Assembly: GCF_947568905.1 (NCBI RefSeq)
Contig: NC_079172.1
Coordinates: forward strand, 60,202,001 to 60,266,000
DNA from: Ostrea edulis
Lineage: Eukaryota
Direction: 5' to 3'
Length of the DNA: 64,000 nt
Below are positions 12,825-25,205 of the stretch, piece after piece; positions within the stretch are counted from its first letter, which is position 1; each line of letters opens with the position of its first letter. Under the pieces are notes generated by a model, which saw only the letters and a list, made by a program, of their open reading frames with translations, ran no database searches and had not been told where the DNA came from. A program made the translations under genes and the position numbers.

Positions 12825-13150
12825 TCGACATCACAGTAGTAGAGCATTCAGTTTGTAACCGGAAAGTCGTGAGTTCAAGTCCTGCTGGTGCAATGGCCAC
12901 ATCAACATTAAGATGTAAACTGCATAGAATGTGCTTGCTCCTTAACCAAATGCTTGGCATTTGGTAGTGAGAATCTTTCAGATATGACCTTAAAAACAGA
13001 TGGTCTGTGTTACGGCAGGCTTTGGCATGTTAAATTTCACTGCTACAGCCGTAAGCACTAAGTATAGGTCTAAATTTGTAGTGCTCTGCCTACTGCTGGT
13101 GTATTATCAATATGAGTGAAAAATTCTCAACAGGATGTAAAACAAACACC
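12825..13150 (+). mobile_element. tRNA-head SINE, same family
   Basis: GTAGAGC...GAGTTCAAGTCC head, GATATGACCTTAAAAAC core, ATATGAGTGAAAAATTCTC tail with AAAC repeats. Confidence 0.8.
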
Positions 13151-13464
13151 CCCCCCCCCCCCATTGCTTTCCATTGACAATGTCCTTTGTATGTTCAATT
13201 ATTATCTTCTCTTTAACTGAAGTTTGAGTTGTTTTTTTTGTTTTTTTTTAGCCTTGACAAGCCCAAGTACCATCTGTGTCAGATCACTGTTTATCTCCCC
13301 TTTTTATGCTAATTCATCATCTGTGCTCTAGCGAGTTTGTGCAACATTTAACCACTCAATTATCTCTCTTTTGTGATGCTAATTCATCATCTCTGTGTTC
13401 TAGCTCCAGGGAGTTTGTACCACATTTAACCACTCAATTATCTCCCTTTATCGTGCTATCTTAC

Positions 13465-13596
13465 CGTCGCTGTCCTCTAGCTCCAGAGAACTAGGGTCAT
13501 GTTGGATAGCTTTGACTAGTTTGATTATCTCCCCTTTCGATGCTGCTTTGTGAGCAGGAAGCTGTGACTCATTGTCTACCTCAGCATCCGACCCCT
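13465..13596 (-). CDS. ANKRD55: ANKRD55-like exon 2
   Basis: ttacag|AG...GACG|gtaaga, 132 nt. Encodes EGSDAEVDNESQLPAHKAASKGEIIKLVKAIQHDPSSLELEDSD, resembling human ANKRD55 [30 protein letters not shown] (recalled). Confidence 0.9.
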
Positions 13597-14119
13597 CTGT
13601 AACGAGAACAAAATTAGAATTTAATTTACAAACGCAAAATACTCAGACATCCTGCAGGAAACGGTTGCTTTGTTCATCCCTCTGCATCAGGTATAAGAGA
13701 CTATTGAAATCTGATACAGATTGATTGATCAAATGTGTCGTTATACATCTCTGCAAGGTTATTGCTCCCACAGAATGACAACACAAACTATTATTAAATG
13801 GAAGTGCTGAAAATTACCTCTTTGTTATGGAGAGCTAGCTATCTTCCACATGACATTTTGTTATGTCACATGATATTTTGTTTTGTCACATGATATTTTG
13901 TTATGTCATATGATATTTTGTTATGTCACATGATATTTTGTTTTGTCATATGATATTTTGTTACACCACTTTGATGCCTATGATATAACAAAAAGTCTGT
14001 ATTTTTGAGGTTTGGTCTGAAAGAGTGGGACACATTTTCTGTCAGAAGAATAAATTTAAAGAAGTAACTTTTCTGAATTGAGGTGACAAGATTAAAAAGG
14101 CATGTCACATACTGATTAC

Positions 14120-15045
14120 CAAGTCAATACCACAAAACCAGTCTCTGTTCAGGGGAGTCAATACCACAAACCAATCTCTGTTCAGAGGAGTCAAGAAATA
14201 CACCACAAAACCAATCTCTGTTCAGGGGAGTCAATACCACAAAGCCAATCTATGTTCAGGGGAGTCAATACCACAAAGCCAATCTATGTTCAGGGGAGTC
14301 AATACCACAAAACCAATCTCTGTTCAGGGGAGTCAACACCACAAAACCAATCTCTGTCCAGGGGAGTCAAGAAATACACCACAAAACCAATCTCTGTCCA
14401 GGGGAGTCAAGAAATACACCACAAAGCCAATCTCTGTTCAGGGGAGTCAATACCACAAAACCAATCTCTGTTCAGGGGAGTCAACACCACAAAACCAATC
14501 TCTGTCCAGGGGAGTCAAGAAATACACCACAAAGCCAATCTCTGTTCAGGAGAGTCAATACCACAAAGCCAATCTCTGTTCAGGGGAGTCAATACCACAA
14601 AGCCAATCTCTGTTCAGGGGAGTCAATACCACAAAACCAATCTCTGTTCAGGGCAGTCAAGAAATACACCACAGAACCAATCTCTGTTCAGGGGAGTCAT
14701 TAAATACACCACAAAACCAATCTCTGTTCAGGGGAGTCAAGAAACACCACAAAACCAATCTCTGTTCAGGGGAGTCAAGAAACACCACAAAACCAATCTC
14801 TGTTCAGGGGAGTCAAGAAATACACCACAGAACCAATCTCTGTTCAGGGGAGTCATTAAATACACCACAAAACCAATCTCTGTTCAGGGGAGTCAAGAAA
14901 TACACCACAAAACCAATCTCTTCAGGGGAGTCAATACCACAAAACCAATCTCTGTTCAGGGGAGTCAAGAAACACCACAAAACCAATCTCTGTTCAGGGG
15001 AGTCAATACCACAAAACCAATATCTGTCCAGGGGAGTCAAGAAAT
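14120..15045. repeat. 32-41-bp minisatellite
   Basis: Unit CCACAAAACCAATCTCTGTTCAGGGGAGTCAA with TA or GAAATACA variants. Confidence 0.95.
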
Positions 15046-15384
15046 AGATTCTATTTTTGAAAATACATAAGGGTATATGAATTGTGACGCTTCATTGCGT
15101 ATTTCATGAAGCGCATTAGCGTCACGTCATACTTTCACGTATTTTCAAAAATGAAATATATTTCTAAAATTTACATTCTACTTTCATTTGTGTTGGAATT
15201 CAAACCCATTAATATAAATGTACTATACTCATCAAGATTTATACATGCATTGTTTACATTCGCAACACATTCGTGAGAAAATGGCTTATATCATAACAAT
15301 TTGTAAATTTGGATATCAAAGGCATGTAAATATTCTAAAATGTTTCCATGAGAGGACAATTCGGCACACATCTCAAACACTGGA

Positions 15385-15722
15385 TTCACTTGTTATATCA
15401 TCTAACATTAAACACTGGGTTCACTTATATCATCTAACATTAAATAATGAACACCGGGTTCACTTATATCATCTAACATTAAACAATGAACACCGTGTTC
15501 ACTTATATCATCTAACATTAAACAATGAACACCGTGTTCACTTATATCATCTAACATTAAACAATGAACACCGTGTTCACTTATATCATCTAACATTAAA
15601 CAATGAACACCGTGTTCACTTATATCATCTAACATTAAACAATGAACACCATGTTCACTTATATCATCTAACATTAAACAATGAACACCGTGTTCACTTA
15701 TATCATCTAACATTAAACAATG
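15385..15722. repeat. 39-bp minisatellite, ~8 copies
   Basis: Unit CACTTATATCATCTAACATTAAACAATGAACACCGTGTT. Confidence 0.95.
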
Positions 15723-15752
15723 AGGGAGGGAGTAGTAAACGGATTGACCCAC

Positions 15753-15936
15753 CTGACATAAGAACCCACGCCATTAAGGAGGGTTTTCTGTTTTGTGGCA
15801 GATCGGCATTATGGGAAGGGTCCTGTAAAGGTTTGTCCATCAGACCAGAATTGTCATGCTCCATATCAGTGTGGACACATACAGTATCCACATCATAGTA
15901 TCCCAAATATTCAAACAATGCCCGAGAATCCATCAT
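15753..15936 (-). CDS. ANKRD55: Ankyrin repeat domain-containing protein 55-like, coding exon 1 (start ATG uncertain: 15936 or 15864)
   Basis: Open frame MMDSRALF...MEHDNSG...AWVLMS ends at donor TCAG|GTGGGT in phase 1, matching the phase-1 start of exon 13596. The N-terminus is not conserved, so the start is inferred. Confidence 0.6.
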
Positions 15937-16879
15937 TTACTACATCATAGTATCCCAAATATTCAAACAATGCCTGAGAATCCATCATTTACTCTCTCTT
16001 CTGAATTAATTAAAGAATGTTGATGACATTGATCCATCCCCGACAGATTTTTTTTTCACGATTTCTACGGATGAATTCCTGGTTGTAAAGTATTCCACAC
16101 TACTCACATATAAATATGTATGAAATTTCACAATGTCACTGAAAATAGATTTAGAAAGAGAAAACATCCTAGATCTTAGCCCACTTAACTCTTCTTCTGA
16201 GCACATACAAACTGATCTATCCAGAGTTTAGTCATCTCTAAACCATTCATTTCACAATATTGTTATCAGCTTTACTTCACAGAAATCATCTTCACTCCAT
16301 CTCAGTTATCTTCACAGAAGTCATGATTTGTGAAGATAATGGACTGCATGCATGGTTGCGGGAATCAGAGTCGTGAGAAATGGTCAGAATTTTTGGTGAA
16401 TGAGACCTCGTGTCTAGGTACCACAGAGTGGAGGAATCCCTTAATGATCAGCTAACACATTTAATTCTTAAAGTCCACACAATCTGATTAACAGGGCTGG
16501 ATTATGAATTACGTAATAGTTATATTAAATATTTTGAATGACTTGTTTTGCCCGACTTATTTAACACTGAGTTAAAGCTTTGGTTTCTTGAATGGGGTGC
16601 TTACATTTTATTTTCGACTGTAATATATATTATTATTTAGGAGGGTGATAACATACAGAAATAATCCCCAAAACACTTCAATTTCACATAAATAGATCAG
16701 CCCATGACCTGTTGTGTAACAAGACCAGTTCAATACTAAGTGACTGGATAATGGTTAATACTAAGTGACTGGATAATGGTTAATACTAAGTGACTGGATA
16801 ATGGTTAATACTAAGTGACTGGATACAATGAAAGATCATTGACAGTAAAATAAGTGACCACAGCCAAGGATTCCCAGAG

Positions 16880-17230
16880 GCTTCCCAGAGAGGGGTGCTA
16901 TTGTGTTCAATGCTTCACAGAGAGGGGTGCTATTGTGATGAAGGCTTCCCAGAGAGGGGTGCTATTGTGGTGAAGGCTTCCCAGAGAGGGGTGCTATTGT
17001 GGTGAAGGCTTCCCAGAGAGGGGTGCTATTGTGTTCAAGGCTTCCAAGAGAGGGGTGCTATTGTGTTCAAGGCTTCCAAGAGAGGGGTGCTATTGTGTTC
17101 AAGGCTTCACAGAGAGGGAGAGCTATTGTGTTCAAGGCTTCACAGAGAGGGGTGCTATTGTGTTCAAGGCTTCACAGAGAGGGGTGCTATTGTGGTGAAG
17201 GCTTCCCAGAGGGGAGATCTATTGTGGTCA
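16880..17230. repeat. ~32-bp minisatellite, preceded by a 25-bp x4 repeat at 16732-16825
   Basis: Unit AGGCTTCCCAGAGAGGGGTGCTATTGTGTTCA. Confidence 0.93.
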
Positions 17231-18039
17231 AAGGCTTGGGGTCATTCCAGTCACATATAATGTGGACATTATACTTGATTTATATCATTTTGTTCTATAA
17301 TATGTAATCTGAAACAGGGTTATAAATTTCACATTCAAATTCAGATCCTGGCAATGGGTATTGAATTTAATATAGACCATTAAACATGTAATGTAATTAA
17401 ATGTTTGTACACAAGATCCAATGGTTGAATTAGATTAATATGAGAGTTTTTTTTAAATCATTCACAATAATTTGACAGCAAAATTTAAAGACATTTAAAT
17501 CTCCTTCATTTTAAATGAGTGAACAGACCATATTACATGTAATATAACTCCTATATCAGGCTGATTTTAAAGAGACGTATGATTTAGGGTAGTCTTCGTT
17601 TACCTTTAGTTAGCATGTAGTATTTTATTTGGAAGTGGGGAGGCCTGCATTTTCTCCATCTTTAAAATTCGTTTGAAGTTCATTTGAGTACCCTTTTGCA
17701 GTAGAAATGATATAATTCTCAGGGACATAAAACTAAAATCACCTAAGCCAACCAGTGGCAGACTCCATCCCCTAATAATGATCACAGAAAGGAGAGGGAC
17801 ATAATAAGCAATATCCTCCGCCTGTTTGATTGATGGCCTGCTAGATCTGAGTGGGGAAGGTCAAGAAAGTACAGTTCATCTTAACTTTAACAAATTGATT
17901 TCAGAACTATAAGAATCAGTCCCTAATAACCCCCCCCCCTCCCCACTTCAACACAACACCCCAACCCCTCCTCTTTTTTTCAAAAGCCTTGACACCATTT
18001 CCAATAGTCACAATCCCAGCTTACTACAGTCTGAAGAAT

Positions 18040-19145
18040 TCTAAACCCTGGGTGAGTGATTGATTGTAAGGGGTGGGGTAGGAAATCTAAACCCTGGGTG
18101 AGTGACTGATTTTAAGGGATGGGGTAGGAATTCTGAACCTTGGGTGATTGATTGATTGTAAGGGGTGGGGGTAGGAATTTTAAACCCTGGGTGAGTGATT
18201 GATTGTAAGGGATGGGGGTAGGAATTCTTAACCCTGGGTGATTGATTGATTGATTGTAAGGGGTGGGGTAGGAATTCTGAACCCTGGGTGATTGATTGAT
18301 TGTAAGGGATGGGGGTAGGAATTCTGAACCTTGGGTAAGTGATTGATTGTAAGGGATAAGAATTCTGAACCCTGGGTGACTGATTGATTGTAAAGGATGG
18401 GGGTAGGAATTCTGAACCATGGGTGATTGATTGATTGTAAGGGGTGGGGTAGGAATTTTAAACCCTGAGTGATTGATTGATTGTAAGGGGTGGAGTAGGA
18501 ATTCTAAACCCTGGGTAAGTGATTGATTGTAAGGGGTGGGGTAGGAATTCTAAACCCTGGGTGAGTGATTGATTTTAAGGGATAGGGTAGGAATTCTGAA
18601 CCCTGGGTGATTGATTGATTGTAAGGGATGGGGGTAGGAATTCTGAACCTTGGGTAAGTGATTGATTGTAAGGGATAAGAATTCTGAACCCTGGGTGACT
18701 GATTGATTGTAAAGGATGGGGGTAGGAATTCTGAACCATGGGTGATTGATTGATTGTAAGGGGTGGGGTAGGAATTTTAAACCCTGAGCGATTGATTGAT
18801 TGTAAGGGGTGGGGTAGGAATTCTAAACCCTGGGTGAGTGATTGATTTTAAGGGATAGGGTAGGAATTCTGAACCCTGGGTGAGTGATTGATTGTAAGGG
18901 GTGGGGGTAGGAATTCTGAACCCTGGATGAGTGATTGATTGTAAGGGGTGGGGATAGGAATTCTGAACCCTGGGTGATTGATTGATTGTAAGGGATGGGG
19001 GTAGGAATTCTAGACCCTGGGTGATTGATTGATTGTAAGGGGTGGGGTAGGAATTCTAAACCCTGGGTGAGTGAGTGATTGATTGTAAGGGGTGGGGGTA
19101 GGAATTCTGGGTGAGTGATTGATTGTAAGGGGTGGGGGTAGGAAA
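18040..19145. repeat. ~41-bp G-rich minisatellite
   Basis: Unit GGGGTGGGGTAGGAATTCTGAACCCTGGGTGATTGATTGATTGTAA with variants. Confidence 0.95.
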
Positions 19146-20361
19146 TAGGATGAGTCTGGTTTTAATGTCAGTTCAAAGATCAAAAGAATTGTCAGAAATT
19201 GGAATCGTGCCCAAGCAGGTAGAATGATACACAGATTGAAATAAAATCTAATTAATTCACATGCATACTCCATGTTTTTCTTTCGTATGAAATATTATTA
19301 ACGTTAAAGACTTACGTTTGGGCTGGTATCTTTTATGGTAGTCGCGCTTTACAGCTGACATATGCCCCCAGTTATGATCGAACACAACAGTCTATTCGTT
19401 TTCTGTAAACTACGATTAAATTCCTTTCATATTAAAACATCACTCTCCATCGTTTTAGTCCACCAGTTCCTCCATTGTGGCGTATATCCACAGTCATAAA
19501 AGATGTCAACCAACAAAACAACCAGATATGAGTATTTCCTATTTCTGTTGAAGTTAGATTTCAGAATGTCATTCCTGATCGATGTTCTAGATCAGAACGC
19601 TGCGCTTCTATTCAAATGGTAATTAAATTTTATTAATGAACGATGAACAAGTTCTGCTTATTCCTGTGCATTTAAATTTTTGAAATAGTGTAAAAAGACT
19701 ACTGTCAACTGATGATCCAGAACGTATTATTTGTCTTGTGGATTTTTCTTTGGCATTGCTATTTAAAAGTCTCCTGTCAATTTAATACCGAAGGCCACTT
19801 AACGAGGAGCTCTTTAAATATGACAGAATCGTTTTCATTAAATTGTCATTTTGCAATGTCTGTAATATGAATTTCGTTTAACCCTAAACATATATATTTT
19901 CAACACCTTAAGATTTATAATCAATTTATGAATGACAGATTGGAATCGTATTCAAATATTGCGGTGGAGTATGTGCAGAGGGCATACAAAGGCGATGAAC
20001 AGAGTTTGTATGCAGGACCTCGAGAAATGAACATTTATTTACCGTTAACTTGGTTCTCAGACACTTATATTGAAAACATCGCATTATAGGAAGGTATGCT
20101 TATTGGAGAAAATTAATTTTCACATTTTGGTGACTGTCGGAAAGGACTTGATAAATACAGTATATAAAGTTAAATAGAGACCCAATCTACCTTATATGGA
20201 TTAATCTGAGTGAAGGCCTTAGCAATGTCATTGTTGGTTCTTAGTTGTGACGTTGACGCTTAAGGTGGGTATATCCTGGTTTTACAAATGAAAAGCAGAC
20301 GTCAAGAGGTTGTCAATGGGACGTCTCGACTTTAACCAACACAGATCTATCTTAAAAACGT

Positions 20362-20632
20362 CGATTGATTGATTGAATATTGTTTAACGTCCTCTCAAGA
20401 ATATTTCACTCATATGGAGACGTCACAACTGCCGGTGAAGGGCTGCAAAAATTTAGGTCTATGCTCGGCCCTTATAGCCTTTGAGCAGGGAGGGATCTTT
20501 ATCGTGCCACATCTGCTGTGACACGCGACCTCTGTTTTTGTGGTCTCACCCGAAGGACCGCCCCATTTAGTCGCCTTCTACGACAAGCAAGGGGTACTGA
20601 GGACCTATTCTAACCCGGATCCCCACAGGACC
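20362..20632 (-). mobile_element. SINE-like element, second subfamily (GTCGTAAGAGGCGACTAA head)
   Basis: Highly similar to 43500-43765 in the opposite orientation, with a (CAAT)n tail. Confidence 0.8.
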
Positions 20633-22868
20633 CTCGAACTGACACATTGACTCTGAACACGAGAAGCATCAGATACAAATGCTCAACAAGCATGCTGTTT
20701 GAATGTCAATCTCTCATTCATGACCAAAACATGACGTTAAAAGCACGTCTGATTAATAAACTATTTATCTTTACTGTCTAAAGTAATCGCCTCCAATTTT
20801 ATAAAAATAGTAATCTTATATGTATCTTAAAGTACTCCATCACAATTATTTTATTTTTTCATGTAGAAATAATAATATATACTATGTGATTAGTTATTGT
20901 AGTATGTGTATTAAAAATGATCTTTTAAAAATTACTATATTTAAAGTCCATATATCTATTAATCAAACGGATTATAATTAGATATTTTTAAAATTGGCGG
21001 TGATAGGTGGCAATCTAGCAGTGGGTTCCTGGACAGCGATGGTGTGTGATGAATTCCTTTTTAAATAGAGAAAAATATATTTTTTTAAAAATATAATTCT
21101 TTATTTTCTTCTATTTAGTAATATTAACACAGGTGACACATGCATCGGTCTTTAATTTACAGAAAATGTTTTATGAAAGAGAGAGAGTGAATAAATCAAA
21201 AGGCTGTTTCAATTGAATAAAAGGTTCCATCCTTTCCAGGTTGTGTCAAATTTAGTTTTTTTCACCATTTTTATAGAAGGTCTCGTGGTTCTTTTTAAAA
21301 AATATACTTAATATAAGATGGTTTTAGTATATATTTAAAAATGTCCAAATAGCGTTTAGAAGTGACATTTAAAAAAGAATGTCTTACTAATAACGTTAAA
21401 AAAAACTTTTCATTTCCACAACTTTTAAATGTTCATGTCTCGGGCTGACGTTCTTTGAATCAACGTTGTGTAAACGTTGTCTGTCCCTGGGGTAAGAACT
21501 TGGTTTCTTCCCAGTTTCATGTAGAAGTGACAATTCTTTTGAAAAATATCCCTACTTGAAAATTTTGCCCGATTTGTGACAGTTTTGAAAGAGTACTCCT
21601 TGCTCATTAGTATCGTTATGGGTAAAAGATTTAGAATTTAAAAATAAATACATTGTAATATATATACATTGGAGGATCTTACAGGGGTTGAAACCTTCTT
21701 TGATTGAACACTTTCTTTTAACAGAAAACATCTCTCTCTCTCTCTCTCTCTCTCTGTTTTTCGTTGGGTTTTTTTTTTTTGCTATCTTGCACACCTCACC
21801 CATCCTTCCACATATCCCGCCTTTTAATCCAAACTTGGGTCGCATCCCATTTGAAATTTTGAAATGTATGTATACTCCCTATATAACCAATTTAGCCCCC
21901 CCCCCCCCCCCCCCCCCCCCCCCCCTGATATGAAACCGCCATAGAGATCGTGAATTTCAAAATATTGGTTGAGACCTTTCCATTCATAATGACTATATAT
22001 GTCCTAGTCCTGTTTGGATCGAGATTTAAAAAAGCTTAACATGACATATAGTGTAGGACAAGTCTCATTAGGTCGCCCAGGTCATTCGGTGGCCTTAAAA
22101 AACTATAATGATAATAAAGAACCGTTCTAATCAGAACTAATTTTAATGTCCATGCATATAAATGTTTTAGTTCTATCACCATACGTACATTCCCAGCTAA
22201 AGGATCGTACACGATAGCTGACAAATATATTTCTGACGATATTGGTTAAAATTTTCTGGGGGGAAGTATTTAGGATTCCTCCTCGGAAAAATTTCTGGAT
22301 TCTCATATGATTCGTATACCAGTGAAATACTCCCACCCACCCCACCCCAGTCTAAGAATATGAGACCCGGATTTAGCACTACCGATTTGAACTTGGTCAG
22401 CAGCGGCAGAGATTTGAACTGGAAACAAAAGGTACACCAGACAAACTTCAAATGGAATTTAAAAAATCACAGAGCTAAGCAAACTGTAATATCAGAAAAT
22501 AATATTTTGATTAAAAAAAAAATCAACAGTCTCTATTTTTAGAATACCATGACACGCTCCATATTGTTCAATGTACAAGTGTATAGTGTACCGCTTTTAT
22601 ACTAAGTTTCTTTCAAATTAAGCAGGGGGGACTATAAAATATTTTGAAATTTACGTTTAGTACTTAGCAGACGATCTGATCATCTAAATCAATTAAATCA
22701 TTGTAGAAATACATGTTTTTGCTATTAGCTGTAGTCTTCGTACTGAATCATATCTTCATTGGTTAAAATAAAAAAACAACCTGTAAAATACTATAGCGTT
22801 GTGAAATAAATCACAGATTGTTCTATATGCAGTAACTCTGCCCATGGTCTTCGTCAATACAGAAAGAA

Positions 22869-22914
<46 letters not shown>

Positions 22915-24576
22915 AAGGAAATTATGAATCTATATAGAGTCTTCATTTGAGTCAATACTCATTGAAAATCATTCAAGCATTCTAAAGGCCCATGAAATGT
23001 AATAATTAAAAACCCAAGTTGTACAGAATATTCTATTTCTACAATCTAATTAAATGAAATCATTTGAACCACTTACTTACGATCGCTACCTTTGCGTAGC
23101 GATCGTACATAATATAGGTGAGCGGATCAAAGGATCTCATTTTAATTAGATAGCTATTTTAGTATGACATTCATAGCATAAATGAGACGAGAAAATATTA
23201 CGTCCAGAATCACGTGTCTGTATCATCGAATGTTGCATTTCATTTTTAGCTTTGTTGTTTTACATCCCTTCGAGGATTTTTCACTCTTGCAGAAACATCA
23301 CCACCTTGAGGTGAAGTGCCACACATTTTGACCTAAGCGTGGCGCTCTGGGCCATAACAACATCCATGGTTTAAGCCAACATGAAAGATTAGTCTATAGA
23401 CCCATTTTCCTTTTGAAGTGTAAAAAGTAGTAAATAAGTGGATTTTATGTATTCATCGATGTAGTACTCATTTGTAGCAAGTTTCATTGAAATTTAGCTA
23501 ATGGTTTTATCATACCTTGTTGGTATATTTAAGCAACCTTACCGATGATATTCTAATTACCTTCTAAATCGGAAAGCAGTGGGATATCCTCCCTGGTGTG
23601 TTTCCCCTTCGCATAAAAAGGTTGAGGAACATACAGGAAGAGTTCCTCTGGGTCCGCTCCCCGAATTTCGCTAGACTCAGACATGGAATTTAAGTCTACA
23701 TTATTTTCAGGATTTCAGTCTCTCAATGAAAACAAGGAGATCTAGATCATACTCCAAAGTTTTCAGAAATTCAAACCAAACACACAAATCAAACCGTGTC
23801 TTCATCGCTTACTTCCAACAGTTTAGTAAGCGATTCATTTCCGTCTGTTTGTCTTTTGATACTATTCCATTCCCCAGCCAGAGAAACGTGCCAATATTGG
23901 AGACTGATCCACGGATTAACACAACGTGCAGCGGTACATGACACCTTTAAGACGATTATCAATTTTAATAATTTCGATTTTCCTGCGACTTCTTTTCTAA
24001 ATGCACGATTATGTTAAAGTTCAACATGACGTAACCGTTTCAGTTTGGACAGATCGATAAATACAAGACAATACTTTTGATTTGAACATATCATGTTGAT
24101 TTTTTTAAGGATCGGGCACAAGTTTTATAATAACTATTGGGGTAGGGCGCTCTAAGTTTTAAGAACTTGTCTCCAATTCCATTGTCTTTAATATCTTGAC
24201 AATAAGATATGTTCAATTCAACTATCGGCTACTCTCTACCTGTGAATATAAGACAACAAAAAGAACATTTCTTTATAAAAAAAAAAAAATTACGAAAAAT
24301 AATACTTTTGATTCCCAAACTAAAATGAACGGAATAATATAACGGAAGAATACAACGAAATGATATAATAAACCTACTTGAACCATTTCTCTCGCGGGTT
24401 TTAATGTTTTGGATAGCCCAGCTGAATCTGCCAGTACAACAATATCTTATAGGACTACGTACAATACTCATTATAATTCAATAATCATTTTATTTTTTAT
24501 TCAAAGTTACACATAATATAAACGTATTTATGGATATGGAGTTTGTTACTAGAATGGTGTACTGCCATAAACTACT

Positions 24577-24577
<1 letters not shown>

Positions 24578-24650
<73 letters not shown>
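24578..24650. repeat. (TC)n microsatellite; other GA/TC/GT tracts near 21730, 22875, 28645, 29165, 29330 and 30165
   Basis: Directly visible. Confidence 0.97.
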
Positions 24651-24655
<5 letters not shown>

Positions 24656-24696
24656 GTCCAGCTTCCTTCTATTCTATGTGGAAATAAGAAGCGACA

Positions 24697-25205
24697 TTTT
24701 GATATTTAGACTATATAATTTTGATATTTAGACTATATAATTTTGATATTTAGACTATATATAATTTTGATATTTAGACTATATAATTTTGATATTTAGA
24801 CTATATATAATTTTGATATTATTTAGACTATATATAATTTTGATATTTAGATTACATGTATATAATTTTGATATTTAGACTATATAATTTTGATATTTAG
24901 ACTATATATAATTTTGATATTTAGACTATATAATTTTGATATTTAGACTATATAATTTTGATATTCTGACTATATAATTTTGATATTTAGACTATATAAT
25001 TTTGATATTCTGACTATATAATTTTGATATTTAGACTATATAATTTTGATATTTAGACTATATATAATTTTGATATTTAGACTATATATAATTTTGATAT
25101 TCTGACTATATAATTTTGATATTTAGACTATATAATTTTGATATTTAGACTATATAATTTTGATATTTAGACTATATAATATTGATATTTAGACTATATA
25201 ATTAT
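24697..25205. repeat. 22-24-bp AT-rich minisatellite
   Basis: Unit ATTTTGATATTTAGACTATATA(TA). Confidence 0.95.

Noticed and set aside
14102-15070. 322-aa and 253-aa repetitive ORFs
   Set aside because: Intronic minisatellite with variable unit length, antisense to the ANKRD55-like gene; several frames are open.
15218-15898. 226-aa + strand ORF with EHRVHLYHLTLNN repeats
   Set aside because: A 39-bp intronic repeat plus the antisense of ANKRD55-like exon 1.
19563-20094. Exon-like segments on the + strand (MSFLIDVLDQNAALLFK; LESYSNIAVEYVQRAYKG...)
   Set aside because: Joining them creates TG|A, a stop, and I recognise no homolog.
23710-23935. AG/GT-bounded segment with two open frames
   Set aside because: No recognisable protein and no compatible neighbouring exons.
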